DNA of 64,000 bases from NCBI GenBank assembly GCA_965214095.1, contig OZ243938.1, positions 4,480,001 to 4,544,000 on the forward strand. Direction: 5' to 3'. Source of the DNA: Candidatus Poribacteria bacterium (lineage in GTDB: Bacteria; Poribacteria; WGA-4E; WGA-3G). Both the position numbers and the translations under genes were made by a program. The notes beneath the pieces were generated by a model. The model searched no databases, had not been told where the DNA came from, and saw nothing but the letters and a program-made list of their open reading frames with translations. Below are positions 47,645 to 58,452 of this stretch, in pieces (positions within the stretch are counted from its first letter, which is position 1; each line of letters opens with the position of its first letter).

Positions 47645-50224
47645 TTACTTCAATATCAGCATCTTCCGTGTGGCAGAAAATTCAGCAGCGGTTAATGTGT
47701 AGAAAAACACACCACTTGCAACTGATTCACCGAATTCATTTTTGCCATCCCAATATGCTGCACGGTTTTGGTTTTGGTAAGTGCCTGCGGACAGATTTCC
47801 TAAGTCAAACTTACGAACTAATGTTCCATCAGCAGCATGTATCGAAACAGTTACATCAGATGGAGTAGATAACTGAAACGGTATCCATGTTTCCGGGTTA
47901 AACGGATTTGGATAGTTGGCAAGAAGTGCGGTTTCTATAGGTGCAAATGACTGTAAGATTTGCTCAAGCACATCTATACCACGTTGATATGAAGACAAAT
48001 CCTCCTCCGTATTCTGAATGAATTGGAACGGTTGTTGCTTAGCATCTGTAAGCCATTCTTGTACTTGAGCAGCAGTTAAAGTGTCAACAGAAAGTGAATT
48101 TACAGAAGGTGCAGAGTTAATATTATTCAATATATTCCCCATTAAATAAAGATCCAAAAGGTCAACAACACCATCATCATTTAGATCTGCAGCATTTTCA
48201 CCAGTTTGTCCAAAATTTGATGCGACCAGAACGAGATCCAGTATATTCAAGACTCCATCACTATTCACATCAGCGAATATTGTAAGTACTTGAGTTGTAT
48301 TCATTGGAAGCGGGTATGCCCAAAGCAGGACAGTTCCATCATAACTGCCGCTTGCGATCCTAGTACCATCTGGACTGACAGCAACACTTGTAATAGAATA
48401 TGTATGCCCTTCAAGCGTATAAAGCTGTTCACCAGTCGCAACATCCCATAAACGTATGGTTGCATCGTAACTACCACTAACAAGGACTTGTCCATCGGGA
48501 CTAAAAACAATACTGGTTGCATTCGCTGGAAGATCTGTGGGGAGATCTCCTATCAATTCTTCAGGTACACCTACAGGTATTGGACGATCAATTGGCCTTC
48601 TAAATGTTTGGAGGAGTTCTGCTGTTGCAACATCCCATAGTGACACTGTGTCACCTCCACCACTTGCCAGTTTAGTTCCATCAGGACTAAAAGCAACTGT
48701 CCAAACATCGTCTTCATGCTCACTGATAGTATGTATTTCATCACGGGTTTCAAGGTCCCATACAATGACTTTATCATCTCGACTACCACTTGCAAGCATG
48801 CTACCGTCTGGACTGAAAGAAAGGGTTTCAACGCCTGCCTCATGCTCAAATAATCCGCCCATATACCTACCTGTGGCGACATCCCACAGACGTATACTAT
48901 CATCTTCACTACCACTTGCGAGAATACTTCCATCAGGACTGAATGCGAGACTTATCAGATAAGACCAATGTCCTCTTAGGGTCTTGATGTGTTCACCTGT
49001 AATAGCATTCCATAGACGGACGGTATTATCCTGGCTACCACTTGCAAGCGTTTTACCATCGGGACTAAACACCACTATGTCAACATCATCTTGATGTCCG
49101 ATCAGCGTATGCCGCAGTTCTCCTGTATCAGCATCCCACAAACGGATGGTTTTATCCCAACTACGCGTAGCGAGAATACTTCCATCTGCACTATAGGTAA
49201 CACTGATAACCACATCAGTATGTCCAGTGATAGTTTCAAGATGTTCCCCTGTAACTGGATCCCATGAACGTATAGAGGCATCCCACGCACCACTTGTAAG
49301 GACTGATCCATCAGGTGTAAAGTCAAGAAAAACGATATCTGCAGTATGTCCAATTATTGAATGTAAAAATTCACCTGTTGTTGCATCCCATATACGAATA
49401 GTATCATCTTCACCTGCACTCGCAAGAAAACTTCCATCTGGACTAAATTTCATATCATAAATATGTGATGTGTGTCCATGAAGCGTTTTCTTAATTGTCC
49501 ATGTTGATGTATCCCATAGATGAATTATCGAATTCAGATCTCCGCTTGCCATAGTTTTTCCGTCGGGACTAACAACAACACTTGCTACATTGTCACGATG
49601 CACTTCAAGCGATTGAAGATGCATTCCTGTGTTCACATCCCAGATTCTAATTGTATCGTCCCGTCCCCCAGTAATGAGAGTACTACTATCACCACTGTAA
49701 GCAACACAATTGATACCATCTGTATGACCTCTCAGTATTTGTAGAAGTTCTCCAGTAACAGGATCCCAAATACGAGCAGTTCTATCCCTACTTCCACTTG
49801 CAAATGTGGATCCATCAGGACTGAATACGAGACTGCGAACACTACGCCAATGTGTTTCAATCGTATGAAGAATTTCATACGATTCTGAATCATATATTCG
49901 GATTATTCCATTTGTACTTCCAGCAACAAGTAAGCTGCCATCAGGGGAATAAGTAAGGGCTGAAACACCCCATCCAAATCCATCAACAAGTGTAATTTCT
50001 TCATTAGTGGCTGTATCGTATATCCATACGCCAAGAGTACCTGCAACTGCAAGTTGTTTGTTATCAGGTGAATACTGGATTTCATAAAGCCAACCTTTTC
50101 CGAGACGTGTAGTTGCCCCAACTGGTAAATGCCATTGAGGTGAATCTTGTGCAAATATAATGGGTTGATGACATATAGAAACTAATAACATCACCAACGA
50201 AATATGTAGATGTAATCTTTTCAT
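47645..50224 (-). CDS. secreted WD40-repeat protein with dockerin-like domain and FlgD-Ig/T9SS type A C-terminal domain
   Basis: About 14 WD40 repeats; DVNSDGVLNILDL / DLNDDGVVDLLDL; NYPNPFNPETWI...WDGKN..GE.VASGVFFY...RKMLILK. Confidence 0.92.
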   Translation of the reverse strand: MKRLHLHISLVMLLVSICHQPIIFAQDSPQWHLPVGATTRLGKGWLYEIQYSPDNKQLAVAGTLGVWIYDTATNEEITLVDGFGWGVSALTYSPDGSLLVAGSTNGIIRIYDSESYEILHTIETHWRSVRSLVFSPDGSTFASGSRDRTARIWDPVTGELLQILRGHTDGINCVAYSGDSSTLITGGRDDTIRIWDVNTGMHLQSLEVHRDNVASVVVSPDGKTMASGDLNSIIHLWDTSTWTIKKTLHGHTSHIYDMKFSPDGSFLASAGEDDTIRIWDATTGEFLHSIIGHTADIVFLDFTPDGSVLTSGAWDASIRSWDPVTGEHLETITGHTDVVISVTYSADGSILATRSWDKTIRLWDADTGELRHTLIGHQDDVDIVVFSPDGKTLASGSQDNTVRLWNAITGEHIKTLRGHWSYLISLAFSPDGSILASGSEDDSIRLWDVATGRYMGGLFEHEAGVETLSFSPDGSMLASGSRDDKVIVWDLETRDEIHTISEHEDDVWTVAFSPDGTKLASGGGDTVSLWDVATAELLQTFRRPIDRPIPVGVPEELIGDLPTDLPANATSIVFSPDGQVLVSGSYDATIRLWDVATGEQLYTLEGHTYSITSVAVSPDGTRIASGSYDGTVLLWAYPLPMNTTQVLTIFADVNSDGVLNILDLVLVASNFGQTGENAADLNDDGVVDLLDLYLMGNILNNINSAPSVNSLSVDTLTAAQVQEWLTDAKQQPFQFIQNTEEDLSSYQRGIDVLEQILQSFAPIETALLANYPNPFNPETWIPFQLSTPSDVTVSIHAADGTLVRKFDLGNLSAGTYQNQNRAAYWDGKNEFGESVASGVFFYTLTAAEFSATRKMLILK

Positions 50225-50282
50225 ATAATATACTCCCTTATTTTATATGTAAAAAACATAAAATAAATTAATACCAACTAAC

Positions 50283-51341
50283 CTAAAACTGTCCAGAAAC
50301 AGAAATGCGTTGTGAACCGCCAAGTGAGTGACTGTTGAATGCATAGTCAACAAAAAATGTCATACTACTCACCCGCAATTGGAGACCTGATCCTGCAGAA
50401 AAACCGTGTCCGTTCCAACCACATCGTAATGCAAGTGTATTGAATAGCAAATATTCACCACCTGTACGAAAGACAATCCCACCACCTGAGTCTGTTTCTT
50501 CTTCATAGTCTGCTTGATCCGTTTCAAAGTCAATGCCAATACTACCATTGCCAAAACTTGGAAAGGTAAATTGGTATGCCGCACCGAATCGTAACCTTCG
50601 TCCGCGGGTGAATACAGGTTTGTCAGCAGTATCCCACCGAATCTGCGTACCTGTTGCATCAAGCACCATTGTCCCGACTCTAACACCTGTCATAGGCATT
50701 AGTATAAGTCCAATATCAATTCCAAATCCTCTGCCACTGTTATTATATATAGATTGACTGAGCAATTTAACATTTCCTCCCACAGCGACCATTGAATGAA
50801 TTTGCCGTGCATAAGAAATTAGCAGGGCATTATCAACATTACTGAAATAATCAGCGACTGTAGGCCTATCAATATAGGGTTCACCTTCATCCTTAACACC
50901 ATTCCCATTTATATCCTGATAATCTCCAAGATTTCCATTATTATCAATGTCAATGAAGGTTGTTCTTGGAATGTCGTCAATACCGAGGCGAATCCAACTC
51001 AAACCTATGCTACCAATATCTTCTATCTGATGTACATAGTTAACGAAATTATAATTCACCAAGCCTTTACTAAAGAAACTCCCATCACCAGATCGGAATG
51101 TATCTGCATACATAGTGGAGAAACTATTATTATTCACATTCGTCAAACCTGCGGGATTCCAGTATGTAGCCGTAGAATCATCTGCGATTGCAACAAATGC
51201 GCTCCCCATACCAATGGCACGGGCACCAACGCCATGACTGAGGAATTCTGCAGCATGTGCTCCTTCATCAGCAGCAAAAGATTGAGAAGTAACGATTAAA
51301 CACGGTATTAATAAGATACATATTATTTTTGATATTTTCAT
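50283..51341 (-). CDS. PorV/PorQ (UPF0164)-like outer-membrane beta-barrel
   Basis: FL..GVGARAIGMGSAFVAIADDSTATYWNPAGL, GFGIDIG, LALRCG, terminal Phe. Confidence 0.85.
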   Translation of the reverse strand: MKISKIICILLIPCLIVTSQSFAADEGAHAAEFLSHGVGARAIGMGSAFVAIADDSTATYWNPAGLTNVNNNSFSTMYADTFRSGDGSFFSKGLVNYNFVNYVHQIEDIGSIGLSWIRLGIDDIPRTTFIDIDNNGNLGDYQDINGNGVKDEGEPYIDRPTVADYFSNVDNALLISYARQIHSMVAVGGNVKLLSQSIYNNSGRGFGIDIGLILMPMTGVRVGTMVLDATGTQIRWDTADKPVFTRGRRLRFGAAYQFTFPSFGNGSIGIDFETDQADYEEETDSGGGIVFRTGGEYLLFNTLALRCGWNGHGFSAGSGLQLRVSSMTFFVDYAFNSHSLGGSQRISVSGQF

Positions 51342-51349
51342 GATATATA

Positions 51350-53311
51350 TTACCCCGGTGCAAAATCATAGATAGGTTCACGGATAATGACACTTAAGAC
51401 ACTCCAGAACGCACCTATGCAATATTCACCCAGGATTACTCCAAAGAAGAAGAAAATCATTTTATGGTATGTGCTTGGACCTCCGAATCGGAGAGCCATC
51501 CACTTCAAAAAGGTACTGATTACCAAACAACTCCAAAAATAGCCTACACCGAATGTCATGGATATTGGGTATCCAGCAGGATGTAGGGGCCACCATATAA
51601 AACGCATCCGTAAAAACATCAAAAGGAATGTAACACCCATTCCACCTGCCATGAAAGTCATCGCCGGTACATTAGGATCGCGTGGGAATGCAAAGAGACC
51701 AGATAGCCATCCAAATTGGCCAATATGTCCAACCGATGGACCAATTCCACCTCCCGCCCCTGTGACTGCACCTCCGAGACGGTAGAGTTCACTGAGTGTT
51801 GCCCAGAATGATGCAAGTGAACCGAGTACGAGAGCGATTACCATTGCCAAAACCAAACGTTTCGTATTCATATTTGCACGTTCAGCCATTTTGAATGCTT
51901 CCAATTGATGTGGCATAATGTGTTCACGATAACCGCGTCCACTGAAAAACCAAAAGAATGGAAACACCGTCAGGTTGTTCGGCCCGATTCGTCTTGTTCC
52001 AAGAATATTGACTAAAAATTGTTGTGCATTACACATGCCAGCCATTTCATGCGCGGGAGGGCCGATTTCTGCACGTACTCGTGTAATACCGATTGAAATC
52101 GCATAAAAGAAACCGAAGAATGGCAAAATGATTGGCAGTGTCATCCCTGCCTTCAAACAGAACCAGATAATATACAAACTGGCAAGTGCGATTATGAAAA
52201 AAGCAGTTCGATAGCGAATCGGTTCTGTTGAATCATCAATACCATTTGACATACCTAAGATAGTCCTTCCAACTTTTGCTATGTGCCTGCGCGTAACAAG
52301 TAGGGCGATAACAAAAATTGCCATCCATCCACCGATAGATTGTTCACTACCATAGGGAAATGGTGCTGGAATACCAACTGCACTACCGAAAACACGTTGT
52401 ATCTTCTCGAATAGATAGAAGAACCAAAGTGAGAATGATAGGTCGAGAGGCAATAAAAACCCTAAGCCGATGACAAATGGGTACAAAGGAACTGGAATAT
52501 TACCGACTGCGTTCCAAGGTTTTTCAGTAAAGAATGCCCCCCAGTTACGGGCATTATGTCGCACACTGAAATCGGGTAAGATTGGGAAAAAGTGTGCTAA
52601 ACCGTGCCATACATTCGCAGCTGCTGCGATGATGAACCCATACCATAGAATACGGTTGCGAAAGAGTTGTCCTCTACCTCCACCTTCTGTAATCGCCATC
52701 GGGAGTTGAATGATAGGATATGCAAGTTTTTCATGTTCTGTCCACTGTTTTCGGATTAGGACATTCAGACATATCATGATGGTACCAAGTGCCAAGATGA
52801 AAGATGTCCACCACAATGTAGGTAGTATCCATGCCCCACCAATTTTGGCATTATAGAATGGAGTATCGCCTTCATAAAAACCGCGTAATACCTCTTTATC
52901 AGATACAACAAGGTGTTGCGGTATATAACTATGAAAGGTATCAGCCCAATCATTTTCTAATGTAGCGAACCAAAATGCGTGTGGAAGCGCAGGAATAGTT
53001 AATGCCAACGTATCGTGTCCAGCAAGACCAGACGCAATAGACAGCATTGCATAGATCGTGATCATCTCACCTTGAGTGAGTGCGGCTCTCGGTGCTACTC
53101 GTTTTATGAATAGGTTTATCAGAATCAGAAAAAAGATATTAAGAACGACATTCCAAAAGAGTGAGATGGTCGTTGGATGTCCAGAATGCCACACACACTC
53201 AACTTCAATGACCCAGAACACATTGGGTGGTATTAAGAGGATACCAATGAGTATGGCACGCCAAGTGACACCAAAGTCACGTTTAGTATTGGGTTCACTA
53301 ATATTTTGCAC
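51350..53311 (-). CDS. DUF6785/DUF6784 multi-TM protein (putative transporter)
   Basis: GVTWRAILIG, RKQWTEHEKLAYPIIQLP, RVRAEIG, WWPLHPAGY, FFFGVILGE. Confidence 0.75.
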   Translation of the reverse strand: MQNISEPNTKRDFGVTWRAILIGILLIPPNVFWVIEVECVWHSGHPTTISLFWNVVLNIFFLILINLFIKRVAPRAALTQGEMITIYAMLSIASGLAGHDTLALTIPALPHAFWFATLENDWADTFHSYIPQHLVVSDKEVLRGFYEGDTPFYNAKIGGAWILPTLWWTSFILALGTIMICLNVLIRKQWTEHEKLAYPIIQLPMAITEGGGRGQLFRNRILWYGFIIAAAANVWHGLAHFFPILPDFSVRHNARNWGAFFTEKPWNAVGNIPVPLYPFVIGLGFLLPLDLSFSLWFFYLFEKIQRVFGSAVGIPAPFPYGSEQSIGGWMAIFVIALLVTRRHIAKVGRTILGMSNGIDDSTEPIRYRTAFFIIALASLYIIWFCLKAGMTLPIILPFFGFFYAISIGITRVRAEIGPPAHEMAGMCNAQQFLVNILGTRRIGPNNLTVFPFFWFFSGRGYREHIMPHQLEAFKMAERANMNTKRLVLAMVIALVLGSLASFWATLSELYRLGGAVTGAGGGIGPSVGHIGQFGWLSGLFAFPRDPNVPAMTFMAGGMGVTFLLMFLRMRFIWWPLHPAGYPISMTFGVGYFWSCLVISTFLKWMALRFGGPSTYHKMIFFFFGVILGEYCIGAFWSVLSVIIREPIYDFAPG

Positions 53312-53423
53312 AGATGAAATCCAATCGCTATATCATATTCAGCATTCAATGTTCTCTAAAGCAATTACCTCACACATAGAAGGATCTACTTATATTGATG
53401 CTTAAGTTTCAGTATTTCTTCAA

Positions 53424-54890
53424 TTAAAAATGTGTTATAGGTTCATTCTCTTTCAATTCCCAAACAATATGTCCAAATTTAGATGCACCATCTGAAGTGC
53501 CGGAAAAAGTTTCTGTTTCAATGCCCCAAGCCAATTTATATGCTGATAAGATTTGTGTCAATGATGTAGATATATCACCATAGCCAAGGATAGCAACAGT
53601 ACCGCCGCCTCCACCACCAGTGATTTTCGCCCCGTAGATTCCACCTTGTTCTCCAATTTTTTGTGCGATGTTGACAATACCATCTATCTCAGGTGCACCC
53701 AGTCCTGCTAAATCACGATAACTATCATTAGATTCATACATCAAACGACCAGCCTCGGTGAGATAATCATGCACATTCTCAGGAGCATCATTTACATTCT
53801 TCAGTGCAGATATAAATTTTAACACCCGTTCGTTTTCAAAAATGGGATGTTTTGCACAATCTCTGACGGCATAATCCTTATCAGGATCAACAGTTGTGAC
53901 AGGATCAACTGTCTCTCCGTACTGATCTTGGAAATCACTACCTCGAATCAGTTGGGGTAATAGATGTTCACAGTGTTCTTGAAATTCTTGCACAGATATT
54001 TCGCAAAGATAGTTGCTATCAAGTTTTTTCCATCCAAGTTCCTTTTTCAATATGGACAAACCCATAAACGCAGCTGTACGGGTGTCAATATAGGCACTAC
54101 TTTTCGTGCTTCGAGGCACTTTAGTGTGGATTCCAACAAAACTCACATTTTTAGGACATTCGATATTTTCAAGTATATGATCAGGTTGACATAGGATTGA
54201 CAAAATCTTGTCCTTTATACCTGAAGTAGAAGTTATTTGATCCATTATGCCACAAGGAGCACCGACTACTCTATTTTCAGTTATTTGGGCAAAATGTGCA
54301 ATCTCGTTATCATTTAATTGTAGGTCATAAAGTTGATTGATTGCTGACAAAGTTGCTACTTCAACAGCTGCAGATGAAGCAATACCAGCACCCATTGGGA
54401 TATCGCTTTTGATGATGACCACAGCACCGTGCGGAAACTTATCTACCTTATTTTCTTTTAACAGAGCAAAGAAACAACCGAGTACATAGCCTGCCCATGA
54501 TGAAAGCGAATCCGTATTGAAGAGTTCTTTGATCTTTGAATAAGATTTTAGGTTCCCCTCATCATAGAAATCATTGAGAGACATTCTAACATGTTGCTTA
54601 ATCTGACTATCGATTTGAAGAGTAATAGCAGAAAGGATATTATCTTCTCGCGCTTGACATGCAGCGACGACGGCACGGTTTAATGGCATTTCAAATGTGT
54701 ATGATCCACAATAATCAGCGATACCACCCATTATATCAAGTCTTGCAGGGGCACGCGTAACTACGATTCTACCATCTTTCTGTAAACCGAAGGAAGAAAA
54801 AATAGCAGGCGAGTCTGTCTGTAAAAAGTATTCAAGTTCAACAATCTGAAAGGGTTTTACTTTGGGGCCGTGTATCTGCTCAACTTTCAT
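53424..54890 (-). CDS. GHMP sugar kinase (galactokinase/arabinokinase-like)
   Basis: RAPARLDIMGGIADY, IPMGAGIASSAA, VGAPCGIMDQ, GAKITGGGGGG. Confidence 0.9.
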   Translation of the reverse strand: MKVEQIHGPKVKPFQIVELEYFLQTDSPAIFSSFGLQKDGRIVVTRAPARLDIMGGIADYCGSYTFEMPLNRAVVAACQAREDNILSAITLQIDSQIKQHVRMSLNDFYDEGNLKSYSKIKELFNTDSLSSWAGYVLGCFFALLKENKVDKFPHGAVVIIKSDIPMGAGIASSAAVEVATLSAINQLYDLQLNDNEIAHFAQITENRVVGAPCGIMDQITSTSGIKDKILSILCQPDHILENIECPKNVSFVGIHTKVPRSTKSSAYIDTRTAAFMGLSILKKELGWKKLDSNYLCEISVQEFQEHCEHLLPQLIRGSDFQDQYGETVDPVTTVDPDKDYAVRDCAKHPIFENERVLKFISALKNVNDAPENVHDYLTEAGRLMYESNDSYRDLAGLGAPEIDGIVNIAQKIGEQGGIYGAKITGGGGGGTVAILGYGDISTSLTQILSAYKLAWGIETETFSGTSDGASKFGHIVWELKENEPITHF

Positions 54891-54996
54891 CTAATATATC
54901 AATCTGCTGGACAGAGTTTTACTGTATGTTCTTTACAATGTGACTACGTATCTCAAAGTCCATTAACACTTGCTATTTTATACTGAAATGGGTGTA

Positions 54997-55098
54997 AATA
55001 GTAAATTATAAATATAAGTTGACACTTTTTCCCATGGTAGGCGAGGTTTCCTAACCTCGCCGATGCAGAGTGTTCAAGTAATTTAAAAATCTACTATA
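54997..55098. mobile_element. class A element, inverted copy
   Basis: GGTAGGCGAGGTTTCCTAACCTCGCC core, ends AATCTACTATA. Confidence 0.8.
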
Positions 55099-55106
55099 AT
55101 ATGAAA

Positions 55107-56987
55107 TTAGTAACGGAGAATCGTCGTTGAATCACCGATGATCCACAAAGTTCCGTTCTCTGTTCTAACAATATCTCTTAGATTGTTTCCAGTGGGTGAG
55201 TTTTGTTTTAACCAAGTCACACCACCATCTTGGGTATATAATATAATGCCTTTATCACCGACTGCCCAACCTTCTTTTTCAGTAATAAATAGAATAGCAT
55301 TTATATTTTCTTCTGTAGGTACAGTTTGATCAATCCATGTTCCACCACCATCAGTCGTGATCATGATTGTACCTTGGTTGCCAACTGCCCAAGCAGTTTG
55401 TGGATTAATTCCATAAACATCCTGTAATTCTGCAGAACCAAACGTAATTTTCCAAGTAGCACCACCGTCAGCAGTACTGGCGATTGTACCTGCAAACCCA
55501 ACAATCCATCCAGTTAGGTTATCAATGAAGTGTACTCCGAAAAGATTGTTAAATCCTGCTCCTGTAAACATAGGGTCAATATCAACACCTGCCCATGTAT
55601 CACCGGCATCTGAAGTTGTCATGGCTTTTCCAGTTTCTCCAACTGCCCAAGCGTGGGTAGAAGAGGCGAAACTCATGGCATAGGAACCTAAAGCACCTTT
55701 CCAACCCATAGCACCACCAAATTGGATTCGCGTGGCTCTACCGTGTCCTTCATCCCCAGGGTCACTCACGCTCTTCCACGTTTTTCCACCATCAAGCGTT
55801 TCAAGTAAAGCAGCATTACTCCCAACTATATACCCTTTCTTATCATTTACAAATCCGACACCGAAAAGTTCAAATACATCTCCACTATTTTGTGGTGCCC
55901 AAGTTTTTCCACCATCATTCGTATGTATAACACTTCCAGCTAATCCTACTGCCCATCCGAGATCATCGTTGTGAAAATGTACCGCTCGTAATTCTTTTGC
56001 GTTAGAGACAACATCCCACGTTTCTCCACCATCCATTGTGTGTAAGATTGTTGACTTATCTCCGACGACCCACGCTTCGGCAACACTTTTCATGTGCACA
56101 CCTTGTAAACGTGCTGCAACAGGACGAGAATCAATTGGTTGCCATGTCCTTCCACCATCAAACGTTCTGAGTACAACACCGAATTCCGCTGCAGCAATTC
56201 CCATATTCTTGTTAGTGAAATGGACATCCCATATAGGTTCTGGCATACCATTGGAATTTGGGACATTGCTCTGCTGTACTTCCCAATTGATACCATCTTG
56301 TGTGGAAACAACAGCACCACCTGCACCCACTGCCCATCCAGTAGTGTCATCAAGCATAGAGATTGCATCAAGTGTATTGACCGTCGCACTTGTCTGAAAT
56401 TCCCAATTCATTCCACCATCGGTAGTATGAAGCAGAGTGCCGCCACCACCTGCAGCCCACCCAACATGAGGACTTACAAAGTGTATGCCTTCAATTGTGT
56501 TATTTGTTTCTATTTCCTGCCGTTGCCAAGAAAGTCCACCGTTGTCTGTATGCATCACAAAACCGCCATCGCCACATGCCCATCCGTGGTGCTCATCTAC
56601 GAATGAGACTCCTAAAAGTGCTACGCGGGTATCTGTAGTTAATTTTGTCCATTCTTGTCCACCATCAACTGTTTTTAGCACCATGCCGTTCTCACCGACA
56701 ATCCAACCAATCTTAGGTGTAATAAACCTGACTTTTTTAAACTCGTTTACGAATGGTAACATTTGATTGGGTTGTTGTTTCCAAGTCTTACCACCATCAG
56801 CAGTATTTAGAATAGTTGAATTGCTACCTACAATCCATCCGTTCATATCATCTACAAAAAAGACATCAGAAAAACTTGCCTGCCATGTAGATTCATTAAC
56901 CACTTTCCATTCTTTTTGCGCAAAGACAAACGGTGTTAGGCAAAATAATATAGTCAATAGAGATGCCAATATAATTCTACGTTTCAT
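55107..56987 (-). CDS. secreted YCF48/BNR-repeat double beta-propeller protein
   Basis: About 14 repeats of V.F.D...GW.VG..G.IL.T.DGG.TW; probable start MKRRII at 56987 after GGAGGAGG. Confidence 0.9.
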   Translation of the reverse strand: MKRRIILASLLTILFCLTPFVFAQKEWKVVNESTWQASFSDVFFVDDMNGWIVGSNSTILNTADGGKTWKQQPNQMLPFVNEFKKVRFITPKIGWIVGENGMVLKTVDGGQEWTKLTTDTRVALLGVSFVDEHHGWACGDGGFVMHTDNGGLSWQRQEIETNNTIEGIHFVSPHVGWAAGGGGTLLHTTDGGMNWEFQTSATVNTLDAISMLDDTTGWAVGAGGAVVSTQDGINWEVQQSNVPNSNGMPEPIWDVHFTNKNMGIAAAEFGVVLRTFDGGRTWQPIDSRPVAARLQGVHMKSVAEAWVVGDKSTILHTMDGGETWDVVSNAKELRAVHFHNDDLGWAVGLAGSVIHTNDGGKTWAPQNSGDVFELFGVGFVNDKKGYIVGSNAALLETLDGGKTWKSVSDPGDEGHGRATRIQFGGAMGWKGALGSYAMSFASSTHAWAVGETGKAMTTSDAGDTWAGVDIDPMFTGAGFNNLFGVHFIDNLTGWIVGFAGTIASTADGGATWKITFGSAELQDVYGINPQTAWAVGNQGTIMITTDGGGTWIDQTVPTEENINAILFITEKEGWAVGDKGIILYTQDGGVTWLKQNSPTGNNLRDIVRTENGTLWIIGDSTTILRY

Positions 56988-57161
56988 TACAATTCCTCCT
57001 CCAATTCTCATTTTTTCCCAAATAAAACATATATGTTAAACAAAATGCTGCCAGTATAAAGAAATAATACCTATAAATTCGTTAAAGTATACCACTACTC
57101 ATAATTCTGAGTCAATGATAATTTGGATTGTACTTGCTACTTTTCAATTGAAAAATTGTCC

Positions 57162-57190
57162 TTGTCAAAGTGCATTAAATTTGCTATGAT
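57162..57190 (+). promoter_or_regulatory. sigma70 promoter of the Ogl-like gene
   Basis: TTGTCA-N17-TATGAT with extended -10 TG. Confidence 0.5.
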
Positions 57191-57287
57191 TGTGTCATAA
57201 TCTCACATCAAAATGATTTATGGTAAACTGATTAGTATTTAGTAGACTGCAATATGTCGCAGACAAAACTTGATTTAGGAAAATAGA

Positions 57288-58415
57288 ATGATCAATTACG
57301 GCAAAGGTTCGGGGCATCCTTCAGAACTACAGGAATTTGAAGACGAAAAGACCGGAGCACATATCTATCAACTCACTAACGACAACACAATCAACCACAA
57401 TCTTTATTTCCTTACTTCATCCTTTACACCTGACCAAAAACGTTTAGTTTTCACTTCATATCGATCTGGTAAAGCTAACTTCTATCAACTTGAATTTCCT
57501 GATGGTGAAATAATTCAGATAACTGATGGTGAAGCAGTTCATGGATATTCTGGTGTAATATCAAAAGATGGAAAGGAACTCTATTACACGGAAGGAGAAA
57601 CTATAAAGGCAATTCATCTTGACACACTGGAAGAACGTGTGTTAGCAGAATTTGCAGAGGGAAGTCTTGGTGAGTGCAGTGTGAGTGCTGATGAGAAGTA
57701 TATAGTTACGGCAATGAAACGTGATGACAAATCACACATTACCGTAACTGCTACCGATGGCAGTGGTGGTGAGATCATCTACACCTCACCCAATCAGACA
57801 ATTATTCATCCACAGTTCCATCCTACACGGGCAGACATAATAGCATATTCTGGGGATCCTGCCCCACGTATGTGGACGATTAAACGTGATGGATCTGATA
57901 ACCGTAATCTTTATCAACATGATAACAACGAGTTTCTTGTGCATGAAACTTTTCTCGGTTCACAAGACGAATTGATAGTTACACATTGGCCCTATTCTCT
58001 ACGGCGTATATCGTTAGATACTCTTGAGATGCAAACTATCTCCGATTTTAATGCATGGCACATTGCAAGTAATCGCGCAGGAACAAAGGTTTTGTGCGAT
58101 ACGGTTCACCCTGATATTGGGTTGCGGTTGGCTGATGTGGAAACAGGTGAGCATGTGCCTATTTGTTATCCTCAGAGTTCGTCAAGCGGAAGTCAGTGGA
58201 AAAAAGATAGATATGCCGTTGCTGAAGATTGGGCAGCTGCGCAACAATCAGGTGATAGAGAAAAAGCGTTGAGTTGGATGGAGATGAAGGTAGATACCGT
58301 GTATGGACCACAGTGGACACATCCGCATCCATCGTTTAGTCCTGACGAAACATCCGTGGTATATACATCAGATGTTTCGGGGCATTCACAGGTTTATGTT
58401 GCAGTGATTCCGTGA
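57288..58415 (+). CDS. ogl: oligogalacturonate lyase (PL22)-like beta-propeller
   Basis: DEKTGA.IYQLT, HNLYF, HPQF, HETF, THPHPSFSPD..SVVYTSD. Confidence 0.75.
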   Translation: MINYGKGSGHPSELQEFEDEKTGAHIYQLTNDNTINHNLYFLTSSFTPDQKRLVFTSYRSGKANFYQLEFPDGEIIQITDGEAVHGYSGVISKDGKELYYTEGETIKAIHLDTLEERVLAEFAEGSLGECSVSADEKYIVTAMKRDDKSHITVTATDGSGGEIIYTSPNQTIIHPQFHPTRADIIAYSGDPAPRMWTIKRDGSDNRNLYQHDNNEFLVHETFLGSQDELIVTHWPYSLRRISLDTLEMQTISDFNAWHIASNRAGTKVLCDTVHPDIGLRLADVETGEHVPICYPQSSSSGSQWKKDRYAVAEDWAAAQQSGDREKALSWMEMKVDTVYGPQWTHPHPSFSPDETSVVYTSDVSGHSQVYVAVIP

Positions 58416-58452
58416 TAATGGTAAGCGGCACTCATTATAATGTAGAATACTG

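Noticed and set aside
55107-56987. Photosystem II assembly role for YCF48-like protein
   Set aside because: Generic BNR propeller; no photosynthesis genes in the window
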